Shown: positions 54,754 to 64,000 of the stretch, piece after piece
Numbering within the stretch: position 1 is the first letter of the stretch
Layout: every line of letters starts with the position of its first letter
Source of the DNA: Balanoglossus misakiensis
Lineage: Eukaryota > Animalia > Hemichordata
DNA: 64,000 nt
NCBI GenBank assembly: GCA_040954595.2
Contig: CM082591.2
Location: forward strand, 1,401,745 to 1,465,744
Reading direction: 5' to 3'
Made by a program: the position numbers and the translations under genes
Notes under the pieces: generated by a model
What the model was told of the DNA's origin: nothing
The model's input: only the letters and a program-made list of their open reading frames with translations
The model's database searches: none

Positions 54754-57700
54754 CTTTTATCACGGGTGGACCGAGTATGCGGCTGGTCTAAATGAAAAGG
54801 AGAATATTTGTGCGTTAAATACCCAATGTTTTGTTGTCTCTTTATACATGTAATAGCACGATCAAAGTACCTGTGTACGTCTTTCTCACTATCTCTTGCA
54901 CGTACTAGTACACATATAAACACAGTGAACCCCACCCCCCTCTCTCTCTCTCGTATTCCACCCCCCCCCCCCTCTGTACGGTATACCAAAGGACAATTCC
55001 CCACCAATTAAATTTAAGCCGTTTGTGAACAATACACTACATTCCCGTTACCAATCAACGCTACATAATTATGACACTGAATAACAATAATAGTTACCAT
55101 GGAGGCGGGATATTTGGATAATAACTGTTTCTGAAAGAATAATAACGGCTTAATCCCGTGTATACATGCGTCTGTTGACTCTACAAATACGCCTAACTGG
55201 TCAAGTTCATAGTCTATTGAATAAACGACAACATTCCCTTTGTATTCAGCTGTGCATTTCAGTGTCAATGTTTTTCCTCGGGTGACTGACACGGTGCATG
55301 AACATTCAGATGTCGTCCTTGCTGGCAACGAACAATAACGACTCACAGCCCCAATAAATTAAAGTTATATTTAGTTTATATTTCAATGCGAGGAATTTAA
55401 ATATGAAATGGTTGCTGTCGAGAGGAGACTAACCAGGGATACATACAGGTCGGTCGGCTTCTACTGCATGGAGTATCAGCTTACTAGGTTATGTTCCCGG
55501 CATATGTCACTACGGAAACATGAATCATACTAAAACACTCTCTCTCCGCTTCATGTCGATCGATTTTCACGCAGTTTAATTCGAACCTCGCTGCATCCGA
55601 ATTACGTAATCCCACCATTGTCACAATCACTGTAGCAAAATTGCAATTAAGAGCTAATTTACAATGTAAGTTAGAGTATCTGTCAATTCCCTGAAGATTC
55701 TCTATGACAGAATAACCCCCATAGGGTTAGCGTGGAATTAACTATAGTATGTTGGATTTCAAGATGCAATTTACATACGGTAATTAGTATGATAGATTTC
55801 ATGCATAATGGACGGAGCTGCAACGCATGTACGATTATTCCACAGACGACGACCGCCAGAAAAGCGAAAAAGAGCTTCTACATGACATAAAATAAATTCA
55901 ACGAAGTATTTATTTTAAATTCAATTTCTAGAAAACGGAGATGACCCATTTTAGTGGCCTGAAAATTGACTTAAAAGTCAATTATATGTAATGTAAAAGT
56001 GCGCGTAGCATTCTTTCCTTGGGTGTCTGGTATTAAACGGGTCACTTTTTGTCGTCTGCTGAGCTCGTAATATTTCAAACTAGGTGTAGTACAGTGTGTC
56101 CTTGTTTTTTAACTGATCTACCTGAATCGGTTTGTGTAAACATCACTTTGTCGACGGCTTACACACACATACCCAGCTACAGACGGCCTTTCACGAGCTA
56201 AAAATAACTGCGCTTTATATGCTGTTTGTCAGCCTACCGAAATCGAATTTTAAGCGACGGAACTTCATTTTCGAAACGTGTGATTTTCTGCGATACTATA
56301 AAACCAGCTACAGACCGTTAGGAAACCTGTATGAATAGTGTATTAATGAGCAGTCTCGCTCGCCAACAAAAGCGTTTCCGCCCTCGAATCTAAACCCCGT
56401 ATCAATAAATCCAACGGTGTTTGCTTCTACTGATAAACCTGGGTGAACTAACGCCTGCAGAAAAACCGCGCTGTATCAGTTCTTGATTAAAAGTAAGAGG
56501 TTATATCCTGAGGGTTACATCATGTGAGCGCTGCAATTCACCTATGGGTGTCAATTTCATCTTCTGTTTCACTCTGTCACTTCTTTGTGGTCCTTGAATT
56601 CAGAAACCATAACGCAGTGGCAGCCATCCACCGTTCGTTAGGTTTGTGTGCAATACTGTTCTATTTTTAATAGCTTACTCATTAATAGTTGGGGCGAAGC
56701 AGCAGCCGTTTCCAGACATGACGGTCGGCCGTGGTGTTTTCGGGCAGTCCTGGTGTTTGTCTCAAAGTCGATCGAGTACATATGCAGTTCGAGTTCGTCC
56801 TTGTGCACCTTTCAGTCGTTATATAGTACAACCACAGTTCTGTGGTACAACGTTCAACAACACAATGAGGTTATACATGCATACGTATAGTTGACTTACC
56901 TCAGTGAACGAAGCATTTCTCTGTTGACAACCTTGGTGCGCTCAATTCGACTGTGACGTCAGTTCACCAATGATATTCCACAGTCCAGTGCACTATGAAG
57001 TCCAAAAAAGAAGATATTTGTTCAGTTTATCAAAAATGGCGGACAGTTACTCCTGCTTAATCAAGGTCGGTCGTCGGGAGCAACGCAAACATCTGAAACT
57101 GGCGAATAGGTATCACTTTGCGATAATAACTAAACCTGTCTACACACACGGCGTGCTTGCCCCACTGTTCACACAGTCCATGAACCCAGTAAATTACGTC
57201 AACCGTCACAACAGAGTCATTGTGCGGCGGGCGGGAAATTCAGATTGTGTCCTGGGCGAAGGTGAATATGGACTCCAACAAAAAAAACGCAGACCTCTTT
57301 TACACACAAGTGGTCTCTCCATAAAGTGGCAGCCTATACCATTCACGCATCACTGTCTTTTTAAAACTGAACTCCTGGAGCATACATCAATTAATTGAGG
57401 GCTTCAATACGTGGGAGTGTCCATTTTTGCGCAGGGGTGAGAGGGGGACATCAAATGTCAGAGTAAAACACAATGTGCGAGTAGGCGTTCATATTGAGCG
57501 GCGCGGCTTTTTATTTTCGGGCCTCTCTTTCTTTATAGCGAACCGAACTATTGTGTACACGCGCATCTGTTTTATACTTAAGCTTTTCTTTATCTTCAAT
57601 TCTTGTGTATGGTACGTCTCAGTCAAACTGGTCATTCATCCAGTCAGAGCTTGTCTATATGAGCAAACGTTTTAGCGCATTTACTAACTTAAAGTTTCAA

Positions 57701-58091
57701 TCAGTTAATTTTAAAACAGATTTCGGCAGTTTTTGTGACTTAACTCAGTCACCAAGCGTGGGTAGATGCATTACACACACCATCACTCAAGTATGCTGTG
57801 TGGGAACCGGGGTCCATCGGATCGTTTCTTTGACCCCAAGGTCAGATTTAACGACGCTTTTCAAGTTGCATTTGTTTGCTGTGATCGCGAACTTCAAGAG
57901 TTCACATCGGACTGAGATGTCAATTTCTCCAGTCGGCGCAAGCGTAGCTTCTACCATGTGGCGTCAAAAAAGCGACCACTCTCCAATAAATCATTTAAAA
58001 AGACGGGCATGTGCATGCGTGTATGTGGTCGCAAAAGCTGCAAGCAATAAATTGTGCGCTTAAAACTAACTTTTGGGAAAACAAGTTCACT

Positions 58092-58400
58092 TTATAGTGC
58101 CCGAGAGCGAACATTTCTGAGCAATAGATCTAGACTGGCGTCCATTTCATCAAGAAATGAACATTTACTGAAGATCTGGACGCACAGTTTGTCTCTGATA
58201 GAAAAAGAGGCCAAAATCGGCAGAAGTTGTTTCCACAAGACTGGAACCCTGAAGTAATAGCTATTCTGGGTTTCCACAGGCGCTTAACCACGGACAATGG
58301 TCTCAGTGTTTCCAGCTTCTGCATTCTCGGCTGATGACGTATAATCAACAGATGTATTGTCTCAACCATGTATACTTTTGGCTCAAAATGTTTAGCATTT
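58092..58400 (-). mobile_element. Probable degenerate non-LTR (CR1/L2-type) retrotransposon ORF2 C-terminal remnant
   Basis: Broken frames contain KSIHG and TQNSYYFRVPVLWKQLLP, resembling the K..HG and NSFF.R....WNSLP motifs at the end of CR1/L2 ORF2. Frameshifts and stops are present. Confidence 0.42.
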
Positions 58401-59634
58401 GGTGCACGGTGTGGAAACAGTTGTTTTTATGAAAATGACCCTTCTTGTTAACGTCTGTCACAGCTGCTGTGTTGTGCATAGGCCTAAAGGTCATTTTCCT
58501 TCGAACATCCTGAATGCGGGTTGGACTTCAACCACTTGTTATTATACTACCGTGCCCACAATGGACAGACCAGTTACACTGGATCATGACGTCACGTCTT
58601 TTTTCACTTCGCCAACTTCACGCAACCAAACTGCTGTACTGTAGATTTTTTGCGATCTCTCATTCCCACAACTTGAAGCGGATTTTCAGAGCTAGAGCTC
58701 GCTAGGACAGAATGCGTATCAGTCTCGCGTCGCGACGCTCGGCTCCGGGGTGTGCAGTAACCATAGCTACGGGCACGGTGCCCGTGCATCTACTCGACGT
58801 GTTGAGAGCGCGGCCAACAGTTCAAACGCAGACCATCAAAATTGTTAGGATAGGCAGTCACGCACTTGAACTTTAACTCTCTAAACAAAAAAAGTCAACT
58901 GTTAAAATGTTGACCTATATTGATACCTCACAAAAGAATGGAAAAGGTCTCTATATAAGCTTTCAACTTTACAATTTTCCCGGTTAAAATTAAATGGGGG
59001 TGATAAACAGCAGTTAGTGAAAGAGGGTGTTTTGCACAACTGGAAGGACTGGCTTTGTTAAATAATAGCGGGCGGCCGTTGACTTTAATACACGGCGGCG
59101 TGTTCTAATTATGCTGTTCTTTCAGCGATATGCGCGAATGTTCAGATCCATTGTGTGTTTAAAGTAAGATCGATATGTAATGGATTGATTGTTCGTGTGA
59201 AACAAGCAGTTCACTGCGCGAATAATTAAACGATATTTTCAATGCTTAATGCCCCAGGGGAAAGAGAACGTCACACGTTGAGTAAATGCGGCATCCGCTT
59301 GCGACATCTAGTTTGACCATTTCAATGGTACACATCTACTAATGACTCTTTACATAAAAAAGCAGAAACAGTTACTAGTATTTTTCACCCAATTTCTTGG
59401 AGTTTTATTTACTATATCTGTGGTTTTGTATTTCTGTAAAATTCACATTTAAAAACCAACAATTAGATTAAATACATGTAAATAGCCGAAACATGCTTGT
59501 TTTATTGTAGATTTGATAATGTCAATAAATAACAGATATTGAAAATTGTATTCATGCATTCTCTCAACACTGTAGTGTAGTGGTCGTGTCTGTGTGTGTA
59601 TGTACATAAATGTATGTATATGTATGTGTGTATG

Positions 59635-59635
<1 letters not shown>

Positions 59636-59680
<45 letters not shown>
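59636..59680. repeat. (TCTA)n microsatellite preceded by TG/TA-rich stretch
   Basis: Visible tandem tetranucleotide. Confidence 0.95.
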
Positions 59681-59681
<1 letters not shown>

Positions 59682-60522
59682 CTGTGGGTATATGTATCCC
59701 TATCATAGTTAAGATCAAACACTATTCATTTAAATCACTAAAATGCTTTAAAAAAATCAAATATTACATATATTATGTTTATAGTTAAACGAGTACAATA
59801 TACACACAAAAGGATGTAAATATGGCAATGAAATGAAACACCGAAATGATCACATACATGTAGGAAAACATTTTTACTGATCAAAGATACTTGCACAGCC
59901 TCTGTGAAACTATGTTCAGTCATTACTCAAGTAAAATGTTGTATGCTTTCAGAAGGCACAAACAGTAATCATGGAAAATGGTCAGCTTCAACGTAAAGAT
60001 GCATTGCAAACCATGTGATATGATCCCCTAGCACCATGCAAATGGTAGAACTCTACTTCTGATGATTCAATCACATAGCTGATTTTGAGCCACACACAAT
60101 ACTGTCAAGCGCCCCCAACAGTCAAGTCTGAAGAATCAAAGCTCTTAGAGCTACTGTATGGTGAAAATCTACAGCTATGCCAGATTGTCAAATCCACCCA
60201 CATACACTGGCAAGCACAATTATCGAGGGCACAGAATGATATATATTAATATGTATACAGAATTATTCATAAAAAGTAATAGAAGACCGGCTTATCAAAC
60301 GAATAATATTCATGTATGTCCTACCAATTCATACATGTATCAATGTATCAAAGTAAGACAAGCAACTGAATTGAGTACACAGCCTCTGTTTGCTGGCTTT
60401 TTCACTTGACTGCTGGTTGATGGCGACCACTGCTGACCAGGGCAGGGAGAACAATGTCAAGTAACCACAAGGCACATGATGTGAGGCTTATATTTGCCTC
60501 AAAGAACACACAACACATCCCT

Positions 60523-62236
60523 TCACATAATGGGGGATATCTCCTCCCTGTTTTGCCTTGCACTGCTAGAGTTTGGACTTGTAACGACCTGAACCTGCCT
60601 CTCTCGACGCTGCATAGTCAGCTGATGTTGCAATCGCTGTATTCGTATCAGTCGTCGTTGCTGCATGAACACCAGAAATCCAAACAGTGCCCCACACAGC
60701 AATAATATGATGACAGTCAGGATGATTATCGTAGTGGCCATTGGAGGGGGTTCTGTTGGTGAATCTGCATGAAATGGAGAAAGTAGACATCGGTAAATGA
60801 TGAGTCAGATGCCCTCCCCAAGAAGTTAATTGACAATTACCTTCTGAATAGATAAGCATGATGTGTAATACACTGGCTAGCCTAAGATAAATAACAAGCA
60901 AGCATCAGGCCAGCCAAGTGTTAAACAATTTGGTGTGTGTGACTCGATTACATGTAGTACTACATACTTGTTTGGCAGTCTTCATCAACTCCACTTTCAC
61001 AGTCATTCACCCCATCACAAATCTTGCTGATAGGAATACAGTGTAGGCTACTGCAGTGGAAAGGATACTCATCATTGCATATCACAGAGGCTGGGTTGAT
61101 TGTTGTACCTGGACATACAAGGTTTAAAAAAAAAACATGTACATTAATACAAGACTGTGGGACCTTGGAAACCAAGATGAAATGGTGCATTTGATAAGAG
61201 CTGAACCAAGGTTAAAGTTTGACTGGAGTTCCCCATGGCCAATGCACTCATATTAATAATGGGTGGGTGAAATGTTACATGGCTCCTACTAAATCATTTA
61301 CCAATATTCCCTAGCCTTGGTAAAAACAATGTAATCAGCCCATAGATTTTACTGGTACATGTGGGTCTCAGTGGACGTCATGTCCTAATTATTTAACACT
61401 GGACTAATTAATTGCTGTTATTGTTTATGTGGCCTGTGCTGATGTACATACAAGGCTGATGGAGATAATGTGCAGTTGTTTTCTGAGATTGTCAATTCAC
61501 TCTTTAAACAGTTGTACAACAAGTGTGTTGATGCTGCAACCTATATTAGAACATGCCTTCAGAGGCACTGCGCTGCCTGTGTTATATAATAATATGTATC
61601 TGTATGCTAATGATGTGTGGCAAAGACTTGACCTTTGACCTACCGCATTGTTCTTCATCTTCGCCATCTACACAGTCTTGATGGCCATCACAAAGCCACT
61701 CACGTAACACACAAACACCATCATCACAAAAAGTATTTGTATCACATGGCGGTTTAGGAATACCTAGAAAACAGAGCATAGAAATATATTGATAAAATAT
61801 TCAAAACACCCTCAATGCTGGATCATTTTGCCAAATAACTAACTCCCACGGAAAAGAATCGTAAAATCTTGAATTATTAATGCCGCCCATACGCATTTAC
61901 GAGTATACCTCCCAAATTTCTGTTTATATTTTCATTCCTTCTGAATAGCGTGTGTTTTAAATTAATCAGAAACAATATGCGCGAACCTTTAAGTGAAATT
62001 TAGAACGACTTTGTTGGCATATATGTACCAGTGAATATAAGCGACGACCTGACCCGCAGCAATATTGACTTGTAATTTATCGTAAACAAACAATCGTATG
62101 CGCAGCGCCTGATCCGCTCGGAATGAATACATGCCATATTAACATAAACAAAATCTAGGCATTATGACTTACCTGCCACAAGATGCGATTCCAGGAGAAG
62201 AACGGCAAATGTCGCGTAAACTACAGCTCTCTTCAT
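60523..62236 (-). CDS. Type I membrane protein with signal peptide, two LDL-receptor class A modules and one TM (CD320/LDLRAD-like), 4 exons, 188 aa
   Basis: Exons 62236-62173 ([21 protein letters not shown]), 61763-61644 ([34 protein letters not shown]), 61108-60968 ([35 protein letters not shown]), 60764-60523 ([23 protein letters not shown] plus basic tail). All junctions are phase 1, as is typical for LDLa modules. Confidence 0.88.
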
Positions 62237-62636
62237 GGCTCATGTTGTTTGTGAAAGGCGAAATCGCCATGTTTTTGTACAAAATTGACCTCTTCAACGT
62301 GACCTCGTATGACCCCCTAAGTGTTTGTTCTTATATGCAATCGGACTCTCTAGCTGTGCTCACCAAAAACGCATAGTCTCAAATCTTTTCCGGGTCACAC
62401 AACTTGATAGACACATGCATTTTCCATCATTACAGTTGAAAATTATCGCACAGCAAATAACGTAGAACGCCTAATTTTCTTTTTTGACATTTCAAGTGTT
62501 CAAATCCGAAGTAGCAATTAACTCTTTGTGTAGTCCAATAAACCTCGACCAGGCCTACGCACAACCAAGGCCACCTCTGGTAATTGGACCAATGTCATTA
62601 TAGACATCCAATTTAAATCGCCTAACAATCATCACA

Positions 62637-62650
62637 GTTGCCATGGATAC
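62637..62650. promoter_or_regulatory. RFX X-box (GTTGCCATGGATAC) in divergent LDLa-receptor/XDH intergenic region
   Basis: Near-consensus X-box; CCAAT at ~62536 and ~62589; CRE TGACGTCA at 62709-62716. Confidence 0.45.
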
Positions 62651-63287
62651 ATAGAAGTCACAATGAGCTGTCTACTCATCACATCTGCAGGGCGAATTGA
62701 CTCATAATTGACGTCAAACGAAGATTTACCCAACAACAATTCCGCTGTTAAATCGTTAGTGATATCTTTTGATGAAGATCTGATCGAACTTGACCCATTT
62801 CACGGTGTTCATGAACTTCGCGTGCAGAACACAGTCGCTGTTTCACTTATAAGGTGCGCGTTACGACATGTAGGCCTACTGTATACTGAACACATACCAA
62901 CAAAAGTACCAGTTTTTGCAAACTTTCTCGTAATTGGAATTCTGGCTACAGATTAAAACGCAGTGCGTGTGACTTTTGCTCCTGTATGCTTCTTATCATT
63001 GACCCAGATCAACCGCAGATAGGAAAATGCAATATTTCTTTCACGTTTATGGCACATAACCTGTAGTGACCGGCAAATGTACATAAATACCGCAATTTCG
63101 TTAACGTTCGTTGTGTAAATGAGCGTACTTAAACTGTAGATGAACGACTATTTTTTACCGTTGTCACGTGAACTACAGATCGCAGCACCTCCTGTCAATC
63201 ATAAAACCCGGGCGTGCGCACTTATGTAGATGGTATTGCAACCGAACGCACAGACTTGTGAACACCGTGGGCAAAGAAACTGCTATC

Positions 63288-63338
63288 ATGGACAGCAGAT
63301 GTACTGACGAACTGATATTCTTCGTGAATGGTCGTAAG
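63288..63338 (+). CDS. XDH: Xanthine dehydrogenase/aldehyde oxidase, first coding exon (gene continues beyond window)
   Basis: MDSRCTDELIFFVNGRK|gtaag matches human XDH exon 1 (MTADKLVFFVNGRK|), including the intron position. The window ends on a clean acceptor (tttttcacag, 63991-64000). AOX cannot be excluded from 17 codons. Confidence 0.8.
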
Positions 63339-64000
63339 GTAAGCTCTTTATCAGGGAAATCTCTGTTAAAGGAAAATTAGCTGTAACTTTTGGGCTATGT
63401 GTTCCAGTCAGTATATACTGTGTGTCTTAATGCCCTATATAAAACATGCTAAAATGCACAACATTCTACTTGTCAATACAACTTCTATATGTTTAATAAC
63501 CATTGTTATTATTGACAACTGATATCTAGTCCGGACTTGAATTCAATTTTAAACCATAGGAATGCTGACATACAGGTATAGGATGCGAGATAAGCTACTG
63601 GATGTATCATCGCGCTGAAGCGATTCAAACTAAAAAACTGCAGTAGACGCCGCACAAAACTACATTAGACTACTGGATGACTGAAACGTACTTGCTGAAA
63701 TATGTTCAATGACCGGTTGTTACAGCTCAACTCACATGTATACAGTGAGAATACCAGTGTGTACTAACCAAAGATAAAATGATAGAAGTATCTATTTATT
63801 TTTTATACGTTTTCGTGGAGTGTCAGATTGCCCCTGGCAAGAGCCCTTGGTAAGCAAGCAGAGGCCACGAATACGTCCTTCACCCAGCTTATCGCCAAGT
63901 GGAGCACCATGACCCTCGAGACCAGTTTGTTAGGGAAGAACAATTTAATTGGGGGTGGGGGATGTCTAATAAAATAAAACTACGATTTCGTTTTTCACAG

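Noticed and set aside
63822-63940. GC-richer block in XDH intron 1 considered as an HDV-like ribozyme or SINE
   Set aside because: I could not build the nested double pseudoknot or find pol III A/B boxes by eye.
1-64000. Prokaryotic systems (CRISPR arrays, operons, defence islands) and rRNA/tRNA genes
   Set aside because: The sequence is spliceosomal-intron-containing animal DNA; I saw no repeat-spacer arrays or recognisable RNA genes.

Overview
This is AT-rich, intron-containing animal genomic DNA. Gene content and repeat style suggest a marine invertebrate deuterostome (inference). I built gene models by hand from GT-AG junctions with phase checks. (1) A complete 22-exon ANKS1A/B (Odin/AIDA-1)-type ankyrin-SAM-SAM-PTB scaffold gene, - strand, 37363->1345, ~1402 aa. 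(2) A head-to-head 9-exon mitochondrial-clan cytochrome P450 (CYP24/CYP27-like), +, 39056-42548, 519 aa. (3) A small gene of unknown family, -, 115 aa. (4) An atypical RalGPS-like CDC25/RasGEF gene, +, 45876-49262, ~934 aa. (5) An MS4A/CD20-like four-TM protein with a very long tail, -, 54753->50474, ~733 aa. (6) A small receptor with signal peptide, two LDLa modules and one TM, -, 62236->60523, 188 aa. (7) The first coding exon of xanthine dehydrogenase/aldehyde oxidase, +, 63288-63338. Microsatellites, MITE-like fragments and a probable LINE remnant are also present. The most notable observations are a duplicated NPxY (PTB-ligand) motif directly after the ANKS1 PTB domain, a ~150-aa insertion in the catalytic helical hairpin of the RasGEF, and an orphan promoter plus first exon at ~49.6-50.15 kb. 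That exon is phase-compatible with ANKS1 exon 2 and could nest three genes in one intron. No database searches were run; family calls rest on recalled motifs.
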